This document shows, piece after piece, positions 25,689 through 43,054 of a DNA stretch of 64,000 bases. Where the stretch lies: contig DF237424.1 in assembly GCA_000708835.1 (NCBI GenBank), positions 1 to 64,000 of the forward strand, read 5' to 3'. Positions within the stretch are counted from its first letter, which is position 1; each line of letters begins with the position of its first letter. The DNA comes from Klebsormidium nitens. Lineage: Eukaryota > Plantae > Klebsormidiophyceae. Below the pieces are notes generated by a model, which saw only the letters and a list, made by a program, of their open reading frames with translations, ran no database searches and was not told the origin of the DNA. A program made the translations under genes and the position numbers.

Positions 25689-28600
25689 ATGGCAGCTGCA
25701 CCAGCTGACATTGGGCGGGGAACGCTGTACGTCTTTGTAGAAGCTGGGAGAGGGGAAGAGCCATTGTGTTTCTCCAATCTGTGCTCGCCGCAGGGTACAA
25801 TCTCCTCCTTGCGTGAAGCCATAGAGGTAAGAAGGCAACCCAGGAGTGGGAAAGTCAATGCGCCAAATGGAGGCCAATGCTGCCACTGTGGTTGACAATG
25901 ATATGGCAGTCTCAGCAGGTCTAGAGTGTAAGCTGCATTGGGATGCGTTTGCAGACTGCTTTATTTTGCAGACTGCTCATTTCCTTTAGCAGGATGCCCC
26001 TTTGTGGAATGCCCCTTTCATGAATGCGGCTAACATTTTGCGTTGCGTTTGCAACGGGAAACACTGCTGACTTTAGCAAACCTTTAAAAGCGTGTCTTGC
26101 TCTCATTATGAACTTTGACTGGGGTCACTTCAGACATGTCCCTTTCGCTGCAGGGACATTCAGTTATCAATGTTAAACTCCTAAGGTACTTGATTCCAAT
26201 GAAGTGCCGCAATCCGTGCAATGCGCTTTCGTCAAATGCAGAAAGTAGCCGCTCCTTATTTGAATGCCCCTTTATCCAATGCAGAGGCAGAGTCGCGACG
26301 CCGGTGTGCTCAAAAGCAAGGAGTGCATTCGGCATCTGAAGCTGGTCTTCCAGAACCACCCCGAGGTGTTGCTGTCCAATGACGATCCGCTGGACATCGT
26401 CTTCACGATCCTCAACGAACACTCTGGAAAGGACTGGCGGCAAACCTTTGCGTCTGGGGTGTGGCCCAGAATCACCGCAGTGGTCAAGAAGAAGAAGAAA
26501 CGAACCCAGGCGGCAAATGTGTCGGGAGCGGAGCACGCAGAAGAGGGTGTGGCAACGCCAGCCAGGGAGGAGGGCGAGACGTCAAGAAAGAGACGCGCAG
26601 AAGGGTCTGCAGACCAGGAAGGTGAGTAGATTGGGAGGAATGAAACAGGACGATTCTGTACATTGAGGCTTCCGCTTTCATCTATCTTGCTGTAATGTAA
26701 GCTGCAAGAACACCAAGACACCTGAGTCCGAAACCTGGTTCTTGAGTACCGAAACCCTCTGAGGGATTAGTTGGTCAGGCGGCAAATGCTTGAGTTTCTT
26801 AAGGGCTTTGAAAGCTCACGAGAAAGGGCGCCCTGGTTGCTGTTGCTTTTTGTAGAGCTTGTCATTTAGGGAGCTGTCAGGATTGGGTTTCTTGGATCAG
26901 CAGAATGAAAATGGATCAGCAAATGTCAGCGCAAGCTCCTCAGGATCCTAGTATAAAATAGGTGTCGTTCTGGCACAGCAATCAACTTATGAGAACGCAC
27001 TGTACCAGGGACGCACTGACAACCTCAATCTGGTTGTCAAACAGTTTCCATCAATCCCTGCAGGTGATCCTCAGAAGACACAGAAGCGTGGGGCTGGCGA
27101 CACTGCCAGGAGCCGGCGTCCTTCAGTTCCGAGCGCGGCTGCAGATCAGGCCGGTCCCAGTGGTTCTGCTCCAGGCACCTCCTTGGATGAGATGCCCACT
27201 GCGCGGCTGGGCAGCAATCCCAGCAGTGAGGAACGGGGAGCCGCCACGGTTCAGCAAATCAAGAGCGAGCGCGGGTCGAAGGAAAGAGGGGCGACCTCTG
27301 GGAAGGAAGCAGAGAGTGAAGGGGTCAGCCAGAGGGGGAGGGAGGCGAGGAGTGCGCGCAAAGAGACGACGACAGGGAAGGTGCAAAAGCATGGGGGCTC
27401 AGAAGCGAGCGAGGCCACGATGAGGAGAGGCGACCAGATAGGTGGCGTAGATCGGAGGCCAGGGCAGGTAATGGGAGATGAAGGGAGAACTGCCTTTGGC
27501 AGAGACGAGCAAAGGAGGGGTGCGGACGAAATCGTTGAACGTGGCCGGGGATCGCGAAGCGGCACTGGACGGGAGAGGGAGCAGATTGGAGGTGCTGAGA
27601 CACGTGGTCAGAAGGAAGTGCAGAGAATGAAGGCAGAAGAAAGTGCGTTGATTGGCCGCAGGGGATTGCCGGCAAAGGGTGCGGTTGGAAAGGAGCCGGC
27701 CTTCCGGAAGGAGGGGCCGGCTACAGGAGGGGCCAGGCAACCGGGGCCTCCTGGTGATAACATAGAGGGGGCGCCGACCGTGCGTAAGAGCAAGCGGCGA
27801 GCCCTGACAAACTACCAAATGAGTGACTCGGAGGACGAAGCTGGTCCGAGTCTGGCAGAGCGCGCCTCTGGCGTGAGAGTCAATGCTGTGCTAGGGAAGG
27901 CGGGAGGGCCTCGAGCGGTCGGCAGGAGCAGCGGATGCAGCTTGGAGGGTGTGAGTGGGGGTTCCAACGGGCGCGCTGCCTCAGGGGAGCTGTCAAGAGG
28001 AAACCGGAGTAAAAGGAACCCTCTCAGTGGTAAGGGGGAACGGGTTGGGGCGACAGTGGAGGCTGGCAGCAAGGAGTCGGCAGGGGGGTCGTGTACGGCG
28101 CGCGGCTCTAAGAAGCCTGCCGATGCAAGGCAAGCGAAGCGCTGCAACGCCTGTGAGGATGCGGACAACCCGGAGCTTATGCTGGTCTGTGCCAGAGACG
28201 GCTGTCGGACGGCGCAGCACATTTACTGTCATAGCGAGGATCTAGAGGAGGTGCCGAAGGGGGACTGGTTCTGCTCCGTGGGCTGCGAAACGAAGGCGGG
28301 AGAGAGAAGGGGCGGACCGTGGGAGGTCGTTGGGCGACCGGTATGCAGCGTGCCAGGCTGTTTGAAAAATGCGTACTATGGGTACAGAGAAGCTGGGCTC
28401 ATTGTGAGGGAACGATGCGGGGAACACAAACGGTTGGGCATGCAGCAGGCAGGGGGGAACGTGTGCGAAATCCTGGGGTGCCATACACAAGCACATTTCG
28501 CAAATCGAGAAGCTGTCCGGAGATGGCGCTGCGCAAAGCATCGGGAGGTAGGCATGGAGGCCACGTTCACATGTGACGTTTCTGGGTGTCCTATCACGCC

Positions 28601-28814
28601 AACCTGGCGGTCCATAGAGTCAAAAGGGCGGCGTTGCACAGCACACAAGCTGCCTGGGATGACGCCAAACGACTGCTGCAAGACCAACGGTTGCAGCCGA
28701 CGAGCTACCTTCTACTACTCAGGGGAGGCGCGGTCCGCTTGCCAACACCATGCTCGACCAGGGATGATGTCCAAGAATACAAAGCGAGTCTTGTTGCCTC
28801 GAGATTGCTTGTGA
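25689..28814 (+). CDS. Uncharacterised PHD-finger + four EsV-1-7-type Cys/His repeat protein, 3 exons, ~741 aa
   Basis: Exons 25689-25826 (donor gtaaga), 26285-26621 (donor gtgagt) and 27064-28814 join in frame (2226 nt). A PHD C4HC3 motif lies at 28143-28286 and four CxxxGC..C..H..GM repeats at 28344-28787. Exon 1 is the least certain part. Confidence 0.8.
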
Positions 28815-30527
28815 GGTGGTTTTAGCAACATACATGAGGAATTCCGTACTCGATTAGAACTGAACGAGAGAATCTTAGGCTAGCAGCTACACCGGGTGAG
28901 ATAACAGCTTCCTTGGCCACGGTTCAATCGTTGATTGGACATTTGATTCCGAATGTGGATTGATTGTCAAGCTAGGCAGCTCTAAAACTATGTCATGCAT
29001 CAAGAGTGCTTGGCGTTTGCATGCACTGCGGTAGCAGAATGCATATTCCGATATTGAAATGCAGCTAGTAGATTACAACTAGATATACAAGCATCCGGCA
29101 TGTTCTATTAGTCACTCGACGTACTCGAACCGCGGGCGAATCTAAACCGAGCAGCTCCGGCTTCAAAAAAATGCAGGTGCTATACATGCTTCAGGCGCTT
29201 TGGTGACTTGGATCATTGGTTGAAGTTGATTTCGAGAAAGTTGAAAGCCAGAAAACTTGGGCGCGCCATTCGATGGCAGAGAATTGTGACTCACAGACTG
29301 CAGCATGCATGTGAGCAAATTGTTGATCAAACTCACATGCTGCGCCAGGCTGTAGTGACATGCAGTAGTCATGTGACATAGAGTGCAATGATCTTATGCA
29401 TGTTGTTCGACCACGATGTTCTCTTTTAAAAACGCCATAGCCACATGGGCCATATAGGCTTCCATGGCATACACATGGCCACCCCGGGCCGTCAATGTTT
29501 GAATTGCGTCGGAACGCCTAGCTAGCCTACCGTATCTCATGGTACTGACTTACGTAAGTCAGTGTGCTACATGCTACAGTACACTACACTACACATGATC
29601 GGATGATCCCGGACGCGAGAACCCAATGCAACAATTTAGCATACATATACGCAATTTATGTGACATATTTCAACCTTCATCCGGATGGAGGTGATGGACG
29701 CGCGGGGACAGTTGTGGGATCATGTTAAGCTTTATACCTAAGCTAGCTATACTTAAGCTATACTTATTGAAGTTATACTATGATCGTAGTATAGCCTATA
29801 GTATAGCTATATCATAGTATCGATACGGAATCGCCAGCGTTCTGCTTGTGCAGACCGTGCGTCGCGGTCTGTAGGCATTGACATACATGTACTAAATTGC
29901 ATGTTGCATTCACGCCTACACTTTGCTTGCATGCACGAGTGTGGACTCGATTATGTTGTACTAATTTGAGAAACGGACAATAAATTACTCATATAAACCC
30001 TGAGATTGAAGGTGATGCGCCCAAACAATGATCAAATGCGAGACATGCCCGGGCCATGTTATAGGAGAGGCCGGGTCAGTCCGACATTCTTGTATGCACA
30101 CACCATATTTGATGGTGGCAACTTCAACACTGTGGGCCTTGAATGGGCTCAGAGAGAATATAATATCCTTGAACGACATCCATTTCAAATTGTTTCAACG
30201 TCGTACTGCAAAAGGTGGAAGCGCCCATTTTCCCGACGAACTGGCAAATACGGCAGGGCATGCAAGAACCTTTCAAGCAGTGCTTAATGAAGGCTCCACA
30301 CAGAACATAGACCCCAATAGCCCTGCAAAGTTCACAATAACATGAGGCTTTGCCGAGGCAATTGTTCAACAATGGCGCCGTAGCATGACTGGTTGTCTTC
30401 AGCTTCGTCACATACACAATATGAAGGGAAGGCCGTCAGCCTGCACTGTCACGTAGCACTCACAAGTGCCAAAAGAAACGGGCACTTGAAAAGGGGGATA
30501 TCAAGAAGCTGGCCCGAGGCAAAGAAC

Positions 30528-33500
30528 TCATTCGAGGGTCGTGCTTATGATCTTCACATCCTCAAAAGGCTTGTCATTTTTATCAACTTTTACCTTTTCT
30601 ATTGCCTGCACAACATCAGCGCCCTTCACGACCCGACCAAAGACAGTATGCTTGTTGTCTAGCCACGGAGTTGCTACCGTCGTGATGAACCTGCGAAAAA
30701 AGGCGATAAGAATCACTCCGGATGTTATGAAGACCAAAGACTACCTCCCGTCAAAGGCGTTTCCCTTGACAAAGGCAACAGCTCGATCCAGTGCGCCACA
30801 GCTCAGCTTCAGCTCAGCTTGTTCGTTCACGTAGTTGGCTGGACACTTCGACCAGAAAAACCGGGGACCGAATATTCCAAATCTCCAGTAGAAGCTCTGC
30901 TTGGTTTTAGCATTTTTGGTCTTGACATCATTCAAATTGCCACCATTTCTCACCATTGCGAGCCGTTGGTGTTGGGCCCCGCATTGGCCATCGAGACGGT
31001 GAACGGCCGATCATGCCGCAGCGACTTGTGGAATTCGTCCTCGAACTCCCCGCCCCAGATGGACTGCCCCCCCGTGCCGTCCCCAAGGGGATCCCCCGTC
31101 TGCACCATGAAGCCCTTGATGACCCGGTGGAAGATCAGGTTGTCGAAGTAGCCGTTCTTGCAGTGCGTCACGAAGTTCTCGACGGTGCGCGGGCACTCCT
31201 CCGGGTACAGCCGCAGGTGGAGGTCGCCGTAGTTGGTGTGCACAGTCTGCCGAGGGAAGGGGGAAGGGTTGTGAGTGGACAGATTTGGGCGCTCGGAGTG
31301 ACAGCGGGTGCTCTGGCGATACGATCAACTGTGGTGCATGGAAGCGACCTTCCCTACGAAGCGGCTTGAAGTCAGTCCGTCCGCAGAGCCTTTCGCTACC
31401 AAGAACTGCCTTTCAAATGACAACCGACCACTGTGTGTCAAGACTTCGATGATGAATCTAAAGAACGAAAAAGAACTAGCGGAAGGAGCTCTAGTGGTTG
31501 AAGCGCGAAAGGGTTGACGACGACTCCTTTTCGGCAGGCTATCCGCAACCTGCCAACGCCGGAGCTTCCCAGTCTTTGTATCACTAGTGGCCGCCAGATT
31601 TTTAAAGTAAAGAAGTTCGCACGCTCGAAGCTGACCCATCCTTTTCCAAAAACCTTGGAAACGCTCCCGCTTTCTGCTTCAAACGAAGCCTTCAATACCC
31701 TCGAGCCTTGGCTTGGCATTCGGGATTGGACGACGTTTCCGGGGAGGGCTCTAGCTTCTCACCGTGCCCTCAGTGAAAGCCCTACATAAAGCAGAAGGCA
31801 CAACCCGAAAGCCCAAAATACTATCAAAAATCAGTACAAATCTCGCGTCGCTCACCACCCCCGTGGAGAGCTGCCCCGCCGCGGCCCGCCCGCTGTCGGT
31901 GAGCGCAAGCAGCTCCTCGGCGGGCGGCTTCTCGTTGAAGACGTCGCGCCCCTTGCTGACGTCATCCGCCTCCTCGGGCTCCCTCTTGGTGAACAGGTAC
32001 AGCCGGTGCTTCTTGAACGCGCAGCAGAGGAGGGTGACGTCACGGCCCAGCAGGTTCGGGTCGGGCGCGGTGGTAACGGTTCCGTCCGGGGCGGTAATGG
32101 TGATGGGCGCGGGGTTCTGCGAGTTGGCGGACAGGTTGGCGCGGTATGCCTTGCTGCCCTTCTTCTCGCCGCCCTGGAAGAGCGCGACGCGCAGGAAGCG
32201 CTCCGTGTTCTCGACCTTGCCGATGATGCGCACGCACCGGTTGGTCTGCAGGTTCACCACCTTAATGCTGCGGGGGAATGGGGGGGTGGAGTCGTCAGGA
32301 CGAGAGTGAAAGCACCGGCTCGAGACTGGAAACATTGGAAGTTGTGCAGGGGGTTCGCAGTTTGTGGACTCTTCCAAAGGAAGGACAACCTTCTTGCAGC
32401 GTCTTATAACGTTTTGTTGACCAGCTCGACGCTGGGCGTAGTCCATGACTAGACGTCAAATGCGAAAGTCAACCCGTCTTCCATCCCGAGGGAAAACCGA
32501 CAGAATGGAGGGGGGAAGGAACAGCACGGGCATCGTTTTGTGCGGAAGGGGTTCAGTTGCAGATTGTCAGAGGATCGACCCCTTGATGCCAGAAGAAGAA
32601 CCGCTAACCGCCAGACATCAAATTGAGCCGTCGAAGCATGTACACATGCAAACCACATTGTTAGAATCTTTGAGCGAGCGAGAACAGCCGTGACGTTAGA
32701 GTCAGCAGGGCGTTGCGAACGACAATCGAGCAACAAATAAGAGCGGAGCCGAAGCTGCACAGGGTCAAAAAGCCCGGCGCTTCTCGCACGCTTGGAATGA
32801 GAGAACATAAATCTGGGCGCATCAAAAGGCAGTTTTCCCGTCCAAGAGAGACGAGCGGCGCACTGGCTGCGAATGATACATTGCGGACGTCCTGAAGTCC
32901 AAATACGTAAACGGCGTCTGAAATCAGCGTCTAAAGCAGCCGTTGGACTTCCTAAGAATGAACATCAGAAGACCTCGAGGGGCCGTTAGTAGCGGCTCAA
33001 GGGCACTTGTTGACGCCAACTGTGCACGACAGCTCAGATTCACCAATCGCAGTCCTCACCCTAAGAGAGTGGGGTAGAGGACAAAGTTGCTGCTCTCGTC
33101 GAAGACCGCATTGGGCGGCACCGCTTCGGGGCTGGTTTCAATCTCCTTCTCGATGGCCAGCCGCCGCCCAAAGTCGATCGGGTCCAGCTTGAACAGCTCC
33201 GCATCCCCGCGCTGCAGCTCGGCGGCAGCCTGACGGGAAAAGGAAAGGGGATCGCGATTAGCTGCGGTCCCGATGAGCTCTTTGGTCTAGTTACCCCGCC
33301 GACAAACTGTTGGAAGGCCCAGAGGACTGACAGCGATCGGGCCTCCAAAAAACTGAATGACGCTCCTGGAGTGCGTTTCGATCGAAGTGAAGTCGAGCTC
33401 AGGATCGGCAAATATTGCTGATACCTCTGAATGCGAATTCTCAAACTTGAGCTTTTCAAAGCGATTCGAGCGGGGATGCTTCGACTCCCAAACCCAACGG

Positions 33501-36500
33501 AAACCCTCTCGATTTGTCTACAATCGGCAGAGACTCTGCCGGACTGACACTGGCCCAACGAACCCAGAGCCTTCCGAAGGCCGGCAGCTCACAGTCTTGC
33601 GCACGAGTCGATAATGAGTCACGTGTAAGCAGAGGCAAAGAGCACGTACTCGTCAAACTTCTATCTCGACTGATGTCGCAGAGTGTTTTCGTACCTCTCT
33701 GCTTTCGTCGTATGATCGTCGTAGCTTGCCCGTCTCGAACCGGAAGACTCGTATCCGTTTGTCAGGGGAGGTCGTCACGAACTGTCGGCCATCGGGCGAG
33801 ATCTGCACGCAAAGAGATGACGTCAAGCAATGGAGAACTTGTTCAGACTCGCATCGACCGAGCTAACGTTTGACTGAAGCTTCGACGTCAGAACACAAGC
33901 TCCAGATTGTCTTGGGGCTCAGTCCTGGAGTACAAATGGCGGCGCACGAGAACCGGTGAAAGGAAGATCGCCCAGTATGCAGCAGCGCTGGAATTTTACA
34001 GTGAGTTCGTTTAGATGGGCAGCGAGTGCAGCACGTTTTCCCGCATTTTTCCAAGCATACAGCAGCTGGGCCAACGTTTAACGAGAATTGCGGTTGTTTG
34101 TGTCTCTAAAACTAGGGTCCTAGTATCGGACACGTACTTTCGTTCCTCCCATCCCGTCACGTAAGCCTGCCCAACAAGAAGGTGGCAACGAGTCTCACCT
34201 CCAGAGAGGAGGCTGTGGTTTTCGCCTTGGCCAACGCATACAGGTCGGTGTCCGTTTTATACCGGAAGCTGACACTGCAGAGAAGCACATGGAGAGTCAG
34301 CACGGCCCCAGAAAGGTTACCGCCGCCGGAGCAACCTCGGGTTTGAACGCAGCACTCTGGACTGAAAGCCTGATCCCTAAAGCTTTGGATTGCTCCGGGG
34401 GGTCCCGCAGAAGCGAGCTGTATGTGCGTCTCTTTACAGAGCCCAGGAAGTCCACTTCCGGGTTCGAATCTTGTTTGGACGGTCCAGATCGCTAGTACGG
34501 CCGATCTGGGTCTCCAGAGCTGCCTTTTGAATAGAAAGCTAACGGGGACTGGGTTAGCAGCCTGACGCCCAGATCTTTGTTGAGCAAGACAACTATCTGG
34601 CAAATCATTTCACACTGGGCTCCTTAGAATGAAAGCGTCAGGTAGGTGCTACTAGGTAGGTGCTAATAGGTAGCTGCTAAACAAAGGGACCAATGATGCT
34701 ACTTGAAACCTGTGGCCAACAAGATCAAGGAAAACACACGTTTGAAGCTCTGTCTTACATGTCTGTGTTGCCGACCGGAACCTAGCAACCCAGCAATCCA
34801 GCAACTCAGCCAAGAAGGCTTCTCTCGCCCCCACAACCTGTGATGGCGAGAGCCTACCTGCTGCTTGGCAGATCGCCCGTGTCTGGCGACCAGTACTCCA
34901 GAAGCCCCTTTGTGTCCGCCGAAATCACGACATGGCGGGCCACGTTGTACCGCATCACCTGAACTGGACTACTATGAACCTGCAAAGCCAGAAACGACCT
35001 CAGTACGGGTGTTCGAAATTTCGCCTTGGCCTACTTTCTCGTTCTTTTTCCAATTTTTGACAGCTCACCGTTGCAAAACAGTATGCTTCTGCTGTCCCCG
35101 CATGCTTACAGTTCAAGAGCCCCTGCCAGCACTTAGATTGACAGGGAGCTCCACAAGAAACAGGAGCTTTGCTTTGCTTTGCTCTTCACGGCCTTTCTCC
35201 AACCAAAGTGAACAAACGGAATTTCGGATTCAAAAGCGTCTCCAAACTCGTCTCAAAACTTTCCAACGTATTGGGCCTACCTTCATGCTCTTGATGGGGT
35301 CGTTGGACCCCGACCTTGCATCGTAGATGTGCACCTGCGCCAAGTCCGCGTCTGCGACCGCCAGCCTGGCCTGCGCCTCCCCCTTCTTAAACACCCACTC
35401 GACAGCGCTAGGGGTGTAGGGTAACCGCAGCATGGCCATCATGTCAAAGCTGACGACGTCAAAGATCTTGGCAGACTTGTCCGTGGAGATGGTCGCCGCG
35501 AGCAGGCCGTCCGGGCTGACCTGCAGAAACTCCCACGGTTGAGTCCAGATGTGAGCAATGTTCTTGCGACACCAGGAATCTAAGCACGAGGTTTGAGAAC
35601 ATCGAGCAAGCGTCTGCATTTCGGCTTCGTTGAGTTCAAGTCGGCAAGCGGCGTGCAACTTGCGCCTGACCCAGCATGAGTTGAATGTCGCGGCCACCAT
35701 GTCCGGAGAGTTTCACCTGATCCAAGCTTCTGCTTTTGACTGTCAGAATGAATCGAGGAGAATGCGGACTCCTGCCCAACTTTCAAGTTCACTTCCCTCG
35801 ACTGTAACTCCTCGGATCACTGGTCCAAAAGGGTCTTGCCGTCAATGTCAACCGTCAGACTCCTTTTCTTTTGCAAAGAACGTCTGCCAGGATCGCCTGG
35901 GAGTCCGCGCTTTTCTCCCACTTGTTGTGTTGTCTAAACCAAATCAACACTCCTGACATGAGCTTTTCAGATGAGTGAACCTTACACGCGGTGGTCTTCC
36001 ATGCAGTTCAGAGTTGACACCCCAGGAAGTCAACATTTGCAACCATACTTGCACAGTGTCTAAGAGAAATCATTCCCCCAGAAATGAAGGGCAATTGAAG
36101 AAGATGCGAGTATCTGGTCATTGACTTACCACCAGGCCAGTGACAGGTCCTAGGTGCGCTCTGAAGTGCTTGGCAAATTCGATTCCCATGGGCTTCTTCT
36201 TCCAAAACTTGAGGTGACCTGGGGAAGAGCAGGAAGTTTTGGGCTTGTCAGATGAGTGGAGAGTTTTGCACTTCGACCCCGACATCCAGAAGTTCGCAAA
36301 ACATCGCATCTGCTCGGTGATCCAACGAACATTAAGTATAAATCATTGTGGACTTGGATTCCGCCTTAATTCGTCGTCTATGATAGTCCCTCCTTCCGTG
36401 GGGGCGCACATGTGGCTTCTTGTGAACAAGGACACGGGGTTTGGACTCAGCAAAGCTCACCATCTGCACTTCCGGTGATAAAAAAGTCTGCGGGGGACAC

Positions 36501-36926
36501 CGCAACGACCGTGACGATGTCACGGTGCATGTAACTCTTCTCATACCTGCAAAACAACGGGCGCCTTTAGGATTGAAGCCACCACCACCCAAACAGGCAA
36601 ACGTACATCTTTGGGAGCGGTAGTTGCCTCTGTCTCCGCTTTCTTCTCCAATTGCTGATCTCATCATCGAAGGTGCCAAGGCCCAATGTATCTGGGGGAG
36701 TAGGTCAACGACCTTGAGTTACTTCTACTTACATTTCAGCAGATGGTATAGCGTCCAGGTACACTTTCTCAAATTCCAACTGCTTTTTCCTCTTCTTTGG
36801 TTGTGGCAGAGCAGGCCCGACCATTTCTTCCTCCTCCTCGACCTCCTCTCCCTCTTCTTCAATCGCATCCAAAGGCCTCTTCCGAGGGCCGTCATCAGGC
36901 TGGCTTTGGTCTTCGGGAGCCCCCAT
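30528..36926 (-). CDS. CYP71: WD40-repeat cyclophilin (PPWD1/CYP71), ~11 exons
   Basis: MGAPEDQ start at 36926, then [67 protein letters not shown] and RDVFNEKP. The PPIase domain contains [27 protein letters not shown] and [14 protein letters not shown], ending with a stop at 30528. Confidence 0.97.
34640..34681. repeat. 14-bp x3 tandem repeat in CYP71 intron
   Basis: aggtaggtgctact / aggtaggtgctaat / aggtagctgctaaa. Confidence 0.8.
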
Positions 36927-37608
36927 AATTGCTGACCCGCAAATGTATAACACAACTCTGGTCAGTGGATGCCGGCCCAACAAAAGTCTCACGCTCGTAC
37001 CAGCTGCGCTGCCCGCTCCAACCTATTGCAATTAGTTCTGCACATGTGAAGCAACTTCCACCAAAGGCCAGGGCAATGAAGGAGACAATGAACACTTCTC
37101 TTGTTCTCTTCAAACCCGTTCGTATCGGAAAATATCAGGGGTGGTGCTTCCTCCTGACCTTCATAGAAGTGGATCTTCCAAGTGCTTCCTTGCACTTGCT
37201 TGAACTGTGAACATTCATGATTCAGCTTTCTCTGGAGCTAACTTAGCCTGGGCTAGCCCAGGATTTTCCAAATTGGCATTGGCATTCCGCTCAAGGGGAC
37301 GGAAAGGCAGTTCTTTTCGGCGGATTCCGGCTCCCCGGGGCCCAGCTGCTGCGCCCGGGGCCTCTGGCCCCTCTGCGATGGTTTCTTTCGGTATAGGTTT
37401 CTTTCGATCGGCCCTGACTCAGACCCAGGGCCAGAGTCTGTGCAAGCTGTGCAGCCGCTTGATCAGCCGCTTGGTTTCGCAGGATCCCTTAGGCTTCTGC
37501 ACCATTTTGCGCTGCATTAGCTGACCTTTGCAGATTGTGGGAGGAGGATAAGGGCAGGATTTTAAGCTGCAAAGACAGCAGACTCGGGGTTTTTGTGCAT
37601 CAAGCAAG
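36927..37608. promoter_or_regulatory. Putative bidirectional promoter, CYP71/VHA-B
   Basis: Divergent ATGs are 682 bp apart, with a GC-rich core containing GGGCCCA-like motifs near 37330-37370. Confidence 0.55.

Positions 37609-43054
<5,446 letters not shown>

Noticed and set aside
25569-25898. 109-aa minus-strand ORF with Cys/His residues
   Set aside because: Antisense shadow of the inferred exon 1 of the PHD-EsV gene; no independent splice support.
30006-30417. Overlapping 90-105-aa ORFs downstream of CYP71
   Set aside because: In the 3' UTR or spacer, with no motif, splice chain or codon bias.
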